Source of the DNA: Azolla caroliniana
Taxonomy: Eukaryota; Plantae; Polypodiophyta
Direction of reading: 5' to 3'
Assembly: GCA_043228905.1 (NCBI GenBank)
Contig: JBHGNT010000002.1
Location: forward strand, 1,798,001-1,862,000
Length of the DNA: 64,000 nucleotides
This document shows positions 11,420-24,010 of the stretch, piece after piece. The translations under genes and the position numbers were made by a program. The stretch's first letter is position 1; every line of letters starts with the position of its first letter. Under the pieces are notes generated by a model, which searched no databases, was not told the origin of the DNA, and was given only the letters and a program-made list of their open reading frames with translations.

Positions 11420-14400
11420 ATGGACAGAACGGTAGGGGGTCTTCAGCTCTCTTTGCTAGATTGGGAGCTTATCTTTGCTGATTTCAAAATCCAGAATCGT
11501 AGCAAGTGGCTCTCTCAATACTCCGGCCTCGCCATTCTAGAGCAAGCCCTATACATTATTGCAAAGAAAGACTACCCTTTAAAACTTCAGCTACTTGAAT
11601 TCATTGAAGAAAACATAGAAATTCTCATCGGTGAGGATGACACTGAAGAAGGCCTAGGCAGTGTAGTGGAGGCTCTACGTACAGTTCTTGATGCTTCATC
11701 AGATGGCTTGACTAGTGTTTCCAGCCTTCTTAAAGAACAAATGATGATTACTGCCACTGTTGCTTTGATAACTTTGGATAGTTTACACAGAGCTCTTCAT
11801 GAGCTTCAAATGCTTGTTGAGATTCTTCTAGGTGTCATCAATAGACCTAATTATGGTTTAGATCGGCAAGCTCGTGGCACTGCTAGTGAATGTCTACGCG
11901 AGCTTGAGAAAGCTTATCCTTGCCTCCTCCATACGTGTGCTGGTCACATTAATTTTCTTTTTTTGAGTGAGAGAACACATGTGGCTCAGAGTTACACTCT
12001 TCTTCTCACTACCATTCTTAGGAATCTCGCGTTGTACATGTACACTGCCTTGCCGGGATCTCGATCAGGAGGACCGAGCTCATTTCTGTCAACATCATCT
12101 CCGTTAATTCCTTTTATCGTACCATCATTTCTTGTGTCATCTGAGACAGGTGAAGAAGCTCTCTCTATTCCTTCAAGGGAACTGTCTTCGTCCATCTTGA
12201 AGGAATTCAAGAGAGTGGTAGGCTCATTTCTCGATCGGCCTCAACTTCTCACTTCTAGTGGGATGCTGGAGTTTGTCTCAAGCTTAATTGACATAGCAGC
12301 TGCGTTGGAACTTCAGGGGTCCATCTTGAAGGTGCAGCTATACAATTTCATGTATACTTACAGTCCTCTTCTTTGCCATGCCATATTGATGATCTACTTC
12401 CACTTTATGGATTCTTTTGAAGGTGAAGAAGAGGCAATTTTTAGACGATTCATTCTTCTTTGTAATGATCCTCAACAGCCTCTTGTAGTTCGGATGCTAG
12501 CTGTTCATTGGTTGCTTGGATTAGATAGTCTTCTTCTCAAGAAAGACAAAAGATCACACTTGGCTTCAATGACAAAGAGCTTGTATCCACTAATATATGA
12601 CCCCCTTTCATTGAAGGCACTGAAGTTGGATAGTTTGGCTCACAGTTCGGCTTGCTTGCAATTTGCCAATGTATGGAGTGAGAGTAAAACCCCAAATAAC
12701 ATGACAGATTCCTCTCTAGAGAAAGAAGCAGCAGCAAGCAAACTCTTTAAGGATGGAACTGTTTGTCTTTCTGCATTTCGATGGCTCCCTTCATGGAGTT
12801 CTGAGACCCGTCTTATGTTTCGGATGTTTCACCGTTTTTTAACTGTAGATGGGAGGCAGTTTTTCCCGGAATCACCAAGTAACAACGAGAATTTTAACGC
12901 AACCTTATTCAAAACATTAGAGGTAATATAAACCTTACATTAATGTGCCATCTTTCTACACTGAATGATTTCGTTATGACTATTACTCTAAAGTGAATGT
13001 GTTTCTGCATGGTCATTATTATGGTGATGCAGGCATGGCTTGTCTCACTTGCATTGCAGTTTCGAAGGCTTGTACCATGCTTGCTAATGCTTGTGGACAA
13101 GCTCCTCTTATGTGAAGAACATTCAGTTTTAGGAGAACATTTGCTTCAGGTTTTCAATGCAGATTTATTAAGGCAGCTTGCACCCGACAAACACTTACCT
13201 GCTTATTTTCTGATATTAGAGCGGATTGCTGAAAATGGCCGCATACCACCTGGAGCTATAGTTGATCTTCTGATTGCATACTCGAGGAATCAAGTTATAG
13301 CTAGTGAGACCACTGCTTCTGGTTTATGGATTCGAGGAAGCCAAGTATTGCTTATCTGTAGAACCATTATGGTTCATCATTACAGCTCGAGGGCCTTTCA
13401 TTCGCTGAGTACTCTGCTTGCATTCCTTGTGGTTTACTTCCCAGATGTTGAAGTTCAGGATACTGCCAGGTAATGAATCTGTTGAATCATTCATATATGA
13501 CTTTTATTTGCATCTGTCAACATCTCGTCTTCTGTCTATCTGTAGACAGAGAGGATGCTTCTCATCCTCCTTGCAGTTAACACATCTCCCTGTGTGTTCT
13601 ATGCTTGTATGACATAGTGCAATAAGAAAAAAAGGATTCTGTTCGTGTGGATAGAATTTTTCCTTGTTCAATAACAAATTGATGATGTAAGTTCATGTTT
13701 CTGTGATCAGAAGTTTCATGAACGTTAAATAGAAATAAACAATTTTTGGTCTGATAACACAATTAAATGACTTTGATATCTACAGCTTGCTTGATATAAA
13801 GGAAATATATTGGACATATGAATCTTTATGCAGGTCACCATTAATCGATTTCTATAGGCCTCTTATTGGGTATCCTTTGAAATGGATACATAGAAAATCG
13901 TATGAGCTGCTAGATTTTGATCAACGTATTTACAAACATGATCTCCGATGCACAAAGCCTCATTTTTGAAGGATGTACTGATAAACCTTCCAGTGTTTTT
14001 TGTTTTGAAGGAACCCACTAGCAAACATTCCAATATCTGTTTTCACGTAAAACTTTTGTTTTGAATAAATCCATCAACAAACCTTCCAATACTCTTGTCC
14101 ATAAACTTTATGAATCCATGGCCATATTTCCCATTAGCTAGATTCCTGCAATTGTTAGCAATGACTATGATAATAGGTACACTTGGAGCTATTTTCTCAG
14201 GTTCATTTTTATGCATTCAACGTTTTCCATCCCTAAATATCACAAAAAGTTTTCCAGTTTGTGCAAGCACCAAGGACTTCAGATCTCTATAATGGAGTAC
14301 AAGATAAAATCCACACTATTCTTGATATGATCAGAAGTAAGTTGGAGCATGTCATGAGTTTTGTAAAGAAGCTAACTCTAGTATAGTTGAGTATTCAGAA

Positions 14401-17400
14401 GTGTAGTGTGTGTGAGAGAGAGTGAGTATATAAGCAAGAAAGAAGAAAAAAAGAAAGATATATTAACGTCTTTTAAGAGGCCAAAATGGCCTATAAGACC
14501 AAATAAGAGATTACATCTTGAGTGTTTTCTTGTCTTTGAGAACAAGAGAAGGACTTAGAGAGAATAACTAGAAAATAAGAAAACACATAGTAGGGGGATG
14601 GTAGCTTATGCGCTTAAGAGAGCTATATTAATTAACTAAACCTCATCAACAAAATAGAATGGCCAAATGGGGTTTTATATACAAGTCCTCAAGGGACTGC
14701 CATATTAAATGTGTTGGTGGAATCTAACCAAGATATCCACTTGAGTACGATTTTGTCATAAGAATATCTAATATTCTTTGACCACATTAACACTCGACAA
14801 CTACACGGAGTACAATAAAGTGTGCTCACACACTTTTTCACACATCGTCCTTTTCTTCATAAGCACACGTTCACACAAGTTGAGCTTGATTCTCAACACG
14901 CCCCCTCAAGGTCAATTGTGTGTCCTCTTAAGCGTGGTTGTCTTGGTGTAGTTGAAGACCCGACTACAGTTGGTCGGACTACTAGACCGTGGTTTTCCCA
15001 TGGTTCCTATGTACTCGATCTTGATCGAGCAATGTCGATCTTGCCGATCCAAAATTTCGAGCTTGTCAAGGGTGCCTACAGGGTCGGGTTTATCTCTAAC
15101 TTCAAAAATTCCTAGCTTTGGAAAGTCGTCCTCTAACTTGCCGGGTCAAGTCGGATTAGATGTGCTGGCCTTACTTTGCCGATGCCGGTCTCACTCTTCC
15201 TCTTGTATGGTGCTGATTCTCCATGTTTTCCTTCGTCTTTGTACTTGTACACTCCCCCAAGCTCAGCATATCGAGTGGTCTAAGGCCTAGATCCATTGAG
15301 AATTGCCGTAGCTTGTCGAGCCTAGTGCTTAGTGAAAATATCAGCCACCTGCCTGTTGGTGCCAACGTATTGGAGGTCAATGTCGCCGGCCATTATGCGC
15401 TCACGGATGTAATGATAGTGCACCTCGATGTGCTTAGTCCAGGCGTGAAACACCGGATTCTTTGCGAGCTGGATGCTGCTGAGATTATTGCAACGGATCA
15501 ATATTGGCTTGTTCACCAATTCGCTGAAGTCTTTCAGCAATCTTTTAAGCCATATAGCTTCGCAAGTAGCTACAGTTGTGGCCCTATACTCCGCGTCAGT
15601 GCTATATAGAGCGACTGTTGGTTGTTTCTTGCTACTTCAAGAGATTGCTCCACTACCGAGTGAAAACATAAATCCTGAAGTGGATCGTCTATCAGATGCA
15701 TTGCCCGCCCAATCGGCATCCATGAAGCCTTTGAGTCAAAGTGGTACTCCACGCTTATAGAAGATACCATAATCAAGTGTTCCACTAATATAACGTAACA
15801 CTCGTTTAGCACAATCCATGTGAGTTTCGCGGGGGGTTTCCATGAACTGGCTAAGAAGCCCAATCGGATAGCTGAGGTCTGGTTGGCTGATAGTTAAGTA
15901 GATAAGACTCCCAATTATTTGGCGATACTATGTCGGCTCGCAGAATTTTCCAGAATCTGCAATTAGCTTCATATTTCAATCAAGGGGTGTCGAGATGGAC
16001 TTACACTCGGTCATTCCGAACTTGTAGAGCAAGTTCAACACATAGTGTCGTTGTGAGAGTAGGAACCCTTCTGGAGTTTGAATGACCTCGATGCCGAGAA
16101 AATAATGTAAGTCATTCAGATCCTTCATCTCAAACTTCTCTAAAAGCAGCTTTTTAATCTTTTGTGTCTCGGTGAGGCTTTCTCCATCGATGACAAGGTC
16201 ATCGACATACGAGATTAAGAAGACGGGGATTTTGGGATTGTTCCGGATATACAACAACTTATCAGATTTTGACATTCGGAAGCCAATGTCGTGAAGATAT
16301 GATGTGATCTTTGAATGCCATGCTTTTGGGGCTTGCTTCAGTCCATATAGCGGCTTCTTCAATCGGCAAATTGCATGTGGATGTTTGCTCGATTCAAAGC
16401 CAGGTGGTTGCATCATGTAAACTTCTAAAGGCAGCACGAGGATTAGGTAAAAACAGAGAGGGAGAGAGAGAGATGCACGTTGTCTTGGGTACAAAGAGTG
16501 TACCTCTTTTTTTGGTTTTTAGATATTATGTATATACAAGGCAAAAGTGTGCTACGAGTGCGTTCACACTCATGCACTAATAAAAAGCACGATGGCCCTT
16601 TATTCCCAACAATGTCCTCGAGCTCACCTTGGAGGAATGCGTTCTTCACATCCATTGATGCAAGTGCCACCCTTTCGCTGCTGCGAGTGCAATTACCGTC
16701 CTCACGGTGGGCATTTTTGCCACCGGGGCAAATGTTTCCTCATAGTCTATGCCATGGGTTTGAGTATACCCTTTGGCGACTAGCCGAGCCTTGAACCAAT
16801 TGACCGTGCCATCCGTATTATGCTTTATCTTGAACACCCAGCGGCAACCAATTGGCTTTTTCTTGATTTCAGAGGATGGGACTAAATCCCAAGTATCGTT
16901 GTCAAACAATGTGCGCACCTCCTCCCTCATTGCCTCGATACACCGGGGATCTTGGGCAGCTTCTTTGTAAGTCTCGGGTTCTTGTTCTGCCGCGACCTTC
17001 ATCATGAATGCATAGTGGTGGGCCATGCACTCATTGTACCCGAACCTAACAATCGGGTTTTTTTGTCGGTTTAATTGACGGAGTTTTCCTTTGGTCACCT
17101 CCGGGGCCTTCTTCATTTCATTCTTGCTGTCGACCGATCGGGGTGAATGATCTGAGTCTTCACCGGATGTCATGTCCTTGGCTTCTTGCCCTTTTTTTTC
17201 TTTCTACGGTTGTAGCACCAAGGTGACACCACATCAGAGGTTTGTGCAAGACTTTGATTGCTGGAGGACACCTCAGGTCCAGTCAGCTGGAGTGCGGGCA
17301 GACTCTCTGCTGGTTCTCCACCCATAATGGTCGTCAGCATCTCTTCTTCTTCACTCTCAGAATCTGCTTGTTTCGAGCACGAGGGGGGTCACTAATGTTG

Positions 17401-18150
17401 GGCCAATGAACACAGGATTTATGCTTCTGCTTTGGAAACCAGAAGGTATCTGTCATTGGCTTTTCTGATGCAAACTATGCTGGTCATTCAGATTGCAGAA
17501 AGTCCAATTCTGGGTATGTGTTTACTCTCACAAGAGGAGCAGTTTCTTGGATCTTCAGGCTACAGAAGTGTGTTGTATTGTCTACCACAGAGGCAGAGTA
17601 TGTGGCTGCCATTGAGGCATGCAAGGAGGCTTTATTGGTTTCACATCAGGTGGGAGATCTTGGCATTACAAAGTTATCTTTTCTTCTTTGTGATAGTCAG
17701 AGTGATATCATGGTAGCATGGAATCCTTTCTTTCACGCAAAGATGAAGCACATATAGGTAAAGGATCACTTCATCAGAGGTGTACTTGACAGCAAGAGTA
17801 TTGAGCTTGTCAAATTGCATACAGATGATAATCTTGTGGATCTTCTCATGCATGGTCTTCCAGCAGAGAGATTTACTCATTGCTTACAAATGTTGGGAGT
17901 TGGATAGATATATGTATTTCAGCTTTGTCAATACGTGGACTTAGTTGATCCTTTACCCTCTTGAGGCACATTGCCTCTAGGTGGGAGGTTGTGAATAAAG
18001 GGTCGTCGTGGCTTTACTAGTGCATTGGTGTGAACACCCCCTTAGCACACTTTGACATTCATATATATATATATATATAAACACAAGGGTGAGACACCCA
18101 AAAAGTAAAGACTACATCTCTTTATCTCGACCTCTACCTCTACCTTTGCA

Positions 18151-18208
<58 letters not shown>

Positions 18209-21200
18209 CATCGCAGGTGCTAACCTCGATTTGGAGACCTCTCCATTCTGGATCAACCTATGCTAGAGATCTTTCGAAGTCAAAAGTTACAATATATCTA
18301 ACTTGAGAATCTCACATATGCTGAAAACCAGATTCCCTCATCTGTTTTTATCTTATTTACTTTTATATTTACTTTTATATTTACCGAGTATATGGTGGCA
18401 CCATCTCTCTTAATGCATGGAATGAGATTGAGAAAATTCAAAAGAGGCTTTTAAGGAGGCAATTAGGAGTTAAATGCACTACCTCTTACCATGTTATGCT
18501 CTTGGAAACAGGTCTTTGACCCATAGAAATATTGGCACTCCAAAGAGTATATAAATACATTACAAAAGTCAAGAATATGTTGAATCATCGATTATCACAT
18601 CTTGCTTGGATTGTTGGATGTAAGCTACAAAAGAATCATAAGAATAAGATTCTCGTATCCAGTTGGGTTGTTGACATAAGGAAATGGTTTAGAAGATGGG
18701 GTGTGGGTGATCTTTTGGAGCTTTCGGGCGATGGTATGCATTATGTAATGATTAAGGAAAGGTTGGTGGAATCATTAAGGATGAAGTGGGAAGATGCTGA
18801 GAGGATAAAGCTAGAATACAACATTGCAAATGTCAACCTTGAATGTTGGTCTCAATATAAAGCAGGAATGCCTATTGATCGCATTCAATCTTATCTCATT
18901 ACCAATATGAGTAGTAATGCTTGTAGAGCCCTTACCCTACTTTGCACTTGATCTCACAAGTTAGGTATTGAAGTTGCATCATGTTATCAAAATGTAACGA
19001 ATTTGAAGACATGTACAGTATGCAATGAAGGCATCGTAGAGGATGAATGTCACTTGCTCTTCACATGCTCTACATAAGTACAATTCGTTCAAGATATACT
19101 GATATACTAAGAGGGAGTGATAACTTAAGTGCCATGCTTAATACACCACCTAGGTTGAGCTCATATGTGTATGCTTTATTCACACATAGAGACTTTGTGC
19201 TTCAATGTATGAATACCTCTTCCTAGGAAGGAGACACATATCAAGAACACATGTATACTCTGGTCCCCTAGGTCAAAATTGGCCTCTTTATGGACGATAA
19301 AAATTCTAATGCTAATTCTCTTGTCTTTAAACAAGGCTTTGGCCCACTACGCAAGGTAATGGAATATGAGGACCAACGATGCTTGGGACTTTTCTTGCTA
19401 GAGCTCAAGAGACATCGGGAAAAGTTGTTGAAGAATAAAACCACAACAAAGAACAATCACAACATTCTTTAGCCCCATCACTCCTACTAATGCTACAAGT
19501 CAATCACGGGATACACAAATGGGCTCCAGACCAGGGCATAACAAAGGGGTTACAATTGATCAGGCAATGGCAATTTGCCGTGCACGTAGGCTCCGGCCCC
19601 ATGGACCACGACCTCGACACCCTTGTCATTGACAGATAAAAGCCATTATCTCCCGCCATCGTAGGTGCTTCCCTCGCTTTGTAGACATTTCCATTTTGGA
19701 TTGACCTATGCTAGAGATCTTTTGAAGACAAGCTACAATATACCAAACTTGAGAATCTCACATGTGCCAAAAACCAGATTCCCTTGTTTCTTTTCTTTTT
19801 ATCTTATTTATTTTTATATTTACTATGTAATATTTATTTTATTTTGATTTGTTCTCAAAGACGAGACAACACTTAAGATGTAATCTCTTATTTGGTCTTA
19901 TAGGCCATTTTGGCCTCTTAAAAGACGCTAATATTTCTTTCTTTCTTTCTCTATATGTGATTTAGTGGTGCCTTGATTTGCTCTTACCTCCCTTCAAAAT
20001 ATTGTACTAAGACTGCAAACGAATCTTCAGACTCTATGAAATTCAATAGTCCTTTCAATTGAAGGATTAGGTCTTGATAGTAGGAAACATATAGGCTAAA
20101 TGAGTCTCGATAGGTATGAGCCTGGTTCAGTTTCTTGGCTTTGAAACCAAACTGTTTAGACCCAAGCAATTAAACCAAATCTTTAAGGGAAAGTTGAAAA
20201 CCATATTCAAGAAAATGTTGAAATCAAACTGAACCATTTAATCACAAACATGAACGAAACCATTTAAATAAATTCATTTAACAATTAAACAAAGAAACCG
20301 TTAAATAAAATAGAATTCAAGGTAAATTAATAAAATTATTAAACAAAAAAACCACTAATTAATCATTAAATTAATTAAACTACTAAACCATTTTGGAAAT
20401 AATAAAAATTAGTCAAAAAAGTAAAAAAACGTTAGTCAAACTCGAGTTCTAGAACCAAACCGTTAAATGATAATTCAAACCAAATCAAACTGTTTAATTA
20501 TATTCAAACTCATAAACCATTAAACCAGGCTTAATGGTTCAGTTCGTTTTGAGCCGAACCAAGGTTCATCGCTATTATATAACACTTTTATGCATAATTA
20601 GCATAGGCTGCATGAGCAACATCTGATGTTGAACTAGAGGATATATTTTTAAGAAATTCAGTAGGAATCTTCAATTTGTGATGCATCCAATACATGTTTT
20701 GTTTCATAAACTGATCTGGCATTTTGTTGAGATTTAATATAATCCATTTTTCCTTCTATCTGTTTTTCTGTACAGAATATATTTGCGGATGCTAATCAGC
20801 ATTCCTGGAATGAAATTGAGAACCATTTTAAAGTATGGAGACGAAGGGAATGAAGACCCACAATTCTCACAGGTTTCATCTCTTTTGCAGACAAGACCAC
20901 TATCTCCTGGATATAAGCAGTCAGTAGCAGTGGCTTCCTACGTTAAACTCACTAGAGCCACATCACTTCTTGTTGGGGAGTCTTGGTCCTTGGTACCACA
21001 TGACTTCTTTGAAAGCGTTGGGCAAGAAACTGATCGTAGTATAGATACCACATCAAAAGAACCAGAAAACTTAGTGCAGGTGCATGAAAATGAAGATTTG
21101 TTACCCAATGTAGATGATGAAGTTCAGAATGAAGATGTAACCAACAAACAGGAAGGGATTTCTGATGAAAAAAAAATCTTGCACCAATACTTTGCCTTGA

Positions 21201-22435
21201 TCCCTGACTACGTTAATGAATCTGGATTGAAAGTCAAAATACAATGCTTCATAAAATTTAAAGCTGATGTGCAGACTTCACATGCAGAAGACAACTCTCC
21301 AAGTTCGATGCTATCAGGCCCAGGTTTTGAATCAGAATCATGGCCGGCGTTATATGCTGTTGTTTTGTCTTTTCTAACAACAGGACCATATGGTCCTATT
21401 CCATCTGTTCACATACCATTCCTCATGAGTGTGCCTTCAAGTGATAGTACTGAAGTTATTGCAGGAGAAGAAAGTTCTCTCAGGCAGTTGCAGATTGTAA
21501 ATAACCCATCCACAGTAGGACTAATAAATGAAGATGCGCAAATTGTTGTGGAATCACTACTGCATGTAGATGATGCAAAAGGAATCGATACAAATCATAA
21601 TATTCCACAACTAGAAGCCAAGGGAAATCTACATTCTGACACAGATGGGATCAGTATAGCATCAGAACAGGTTAATGAAGATGCATTCAGAGAGTCTATT
21701 GTTTTGGAGCTAGAGCCCAAGCAGCCTGTTCCCACAATAATTGATGCGTTCATTACCACAAGTGATGAAAATGGTAAACATATTATTGGGCAGCTAGACA
21801 GTATTCATGTTGGTATCGAGGATTTATTTACTAAGGCTCTTGTTCCCCATAATGTCTCATCTTCGGATTTACCTGCCTATAATTTAAACCTTTTTAATGC
21901 TTTATGGGAAGCATTCAATAGAACAGAAATGCATCATAAAGACACATTTGCCTTGAGTGGTGGAAAATTGCAGATTTCACTTGTCGGTACAGAATCTGTA
22001 AAACTGTTAGAGTCACGAGCAAACAAAGTTATTGATGCATTGGAGCGCCATTTGGCACCATATGTAGTCAGTGCTAATGGCGGTCCATTAGTATCAATAC
22101 TACAGGACAGTGGTATGTTCAAAGATGTTATATGGGAAGAGGACTCAGAGCATGAAAAACGTCGTCCAAGGTATTTAGCTATTGCATATGATCACCTTCA
22201 ACCTGATGAAATTTCCAACCAACTCTATGACTACCATGCACAGAGAGCTGAAGATTTTCGTGAATCTGTAAGCGAGAACATTGGCAGCTTGTGTGTGCTG
22301 ATATTCTTACCCCCTCGTTTCCACATTCTTTTTAAAATTGATGTGGCAGATTGGTCTACTCAGGTTCACATACGAACAGATCACTGGCCATGCCTTGCTT
22401 ATGTTGATGAGTATTTGGAAGCCTTAATTACATAA
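11420..22435 (+). CDS. AP5B1: AP-5 adaptor complex subunit beta-1, 3 coding exons, ~1199 aa
   Basis: Exons 11420-12922, 13033-13469 and 20776-22435; phases join as DTAR/IYLRML. N-terminal 'LSxxDWExxxxDF' and 'RPNYGLDRQARGTASECLRELE', and C-terminal 'LIFLPPRFHILF...IRTDHWPCLAYVDEYLEAL', match plant AP5 beta. Intron 2 is 7.3 kb and TE-filled. Confidence 0.9.
14323..17390 (-). mobile_element. 5'-truncated Ty1/Copia element: RT, RNase H, PPT and putative 3' LTR
   Basis: RT motifs KKPIGCRWVFKIK...KARLVAKGYTQxxGIDYEETFAPVAK, MDVKNAFLQG, LKKPLYGLKQAP, YVDD; RNase H NPVFHAWTKHIEVHYHYIRE and ADIFTK. PPT (cttgagggggcg) is followed by TGTTGAG at ~14897; the LTR end near 14323 is tentative. Confidence 0.9.
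16427..16615 (-). mobile_element. Truncated LTR fragment inserted into the Copia RT
   Basis: Interrupts the GELE/EVYMMQPPG motif. Begins tgttgggaataaagggccatcgtgc and resembles the LTR starting at ~17990. Confidence 0.7.
17395..18206 (+). mobile_element. Second Copia family, 3' fragment: RNase H, PPT and start of 3' LTR with (AT)n and (CT)n tracts
   Basis: GFSDANYAG...SGYVFTL..GAVSW...VVLSTTEAEYVA...NPFFHAKMKHI, stop near 17909. PPT aggtgggagg at 17979-17988, then tgtgaataaaggg. Confidence 0.85.
18380..19950 (+). mobile_element. 3' end of a non-LTR retrotransposon (RTE-X/L2-like LINE) with putative 3' UTR and (TTTC)n tail
   Basis: Degenerate ORF WNEIEKIQKRLLRRQLGVK...MLLETG...SHKLGIE...CxVCNEGIVEDECHLLFTC, the C-terminal Cys/His motif of LINE ORF2. 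Clade assignment is tentative. Confidence 0.7.
20111..20574. mobile_element. Putative hAT-like MITE
   Basis: Imperfect TIRs (taggtatgagcc-tggttcag versus tagcgatgaaccttggttcgg), many aacc/aaccg subterminal motifs and an AT-rich core. No TSD visible. Confidence 0.5.
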
Positions 22436-22646
22436 AATATTGCACAGAATGTCTAAGCCTTATGATTTTGGGTGTAGACATGATGCTTTTATGATTTAAT
22501 TCATTTTGTATCTTCTTTTGGTTGGACAATAAAATCGGGCAGCTGTAGTAGGTAGCCATTTCCACTTATAAAAAGGTGGTGCCATTCTTTTTCGCCTAAT
22601 ATTGAATGGATTAGTAGTGTGTTCATGAATGTGAGTTTGCTTTGAA

Positions 22647-22931
22647 CCCAGGGACAATGTATAGAAACTTTGATCTGAATGGTCTGGCATATGTGATTTT
22701 TAAGAGTAGTTTATGGTTCAAATTATTCCCCGACTAGTCTCTGCTATTGTTTTCTATATTTATGGAAGGTCCAACAGTGTAGCAATGACCAGGGACAATG
22801 TATAGAAATTTTGATCTGAATGGTCTGGTATATGTGATTTTTAAGAGTAGTTTATGGTTCAAATTACTCCCAGACTAGTCTCTGCTATTATTTTTCCATA
22901 TTTATGGAAGGTCCAACAGTGTAGCAATGAC
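22647..22931. repeat. ~142-bp tandem duplication downstream of the AP5B1 stop
   Basis: ccagggacaatgtatagaaa...gtagcaatga occurs twice with few mismatches. Confidence 0.9.
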
Positions 22932-24010
22932 TAGTCAGCATTTAATGGTTACAAATTATATTTGGAGCTATAATCGAACACATAGAAGTGACATTTGCAA
23001 TGAAACAACTCTGCCCAAGCACACTTTTGACATCTAAGAATTAACTCATAACTTCGGTGATCAAACCCAATTCCAATCCTCAATTCTTTACTACAGATCG
23101 AGTAGTTTGGTTACAAACATTTTGTTTATGTCTCACAAATTCTGGTATATTTTTATCAAACACAACTCCAATACTTTGTTCTTTACAATGCAACGCAAAA
23201 ATTGTTGCTTTTGCTGACATAAGAATTGGTTATGGATCTTTTGTTTACAAAATTACAACTCAATCTGCTAGTTGATACTGACCAAGGGTTCACAAATACC
23301 TCACTATAACTATGAAGCAACATCATTGTACTCATGAAATCAGGCCAAAATGATGAGCAATGGACATTATGAAATTCATAGCATCAATAATAGTTTACAA
23401 AAATGATAACACTACCTTGCTCTTGAAGTTCTTTCTTTTTGTTGATTTAGTTTAACAGCCATATTTTCTTTCCTATCCTTGAGATACCAGTGTGAAGAGG
23501 AACATCTTGTGTTAGAATGCTGTCCATCATACATATTAAGTTTTATATATATAATTTTGTGTTTGAAAAATCTCTTCAACATCTGAATGCCAGAAAGCAT
23601 GGAGAACTAAAAAAATGTGACTGTTATCTCTGAATAATCCGCCAGAAAGCATGGAGAACCAAAAAAATGTGACTGTTATCTCTGAATAATCCTCTTAAAA
23701 TATTAACTTGTGTAATCTACCCAATGAATCAGTACCACAGTAAAAAATGCTTTACATGATATCAACACACTATTCCATAACCTCCACCAAACCCCTTCAA
23801 TGCATTGAAACTACATAATGCATTGCTTGAATTTTCCATTCAACATTACTTTACATAATTTCCAGCGCTACTATTCCATCTCCATTTCCATGTATAAGCT
23901 TCACACTCAAAATTACTTCAGCATAATTTCCACACGCTCCACCAAACCCCTTTTCATGTATCAAGTACATTTCACATGCTTGGTTTTCTCTCTTCTGATG
24001 AAACACAGGG

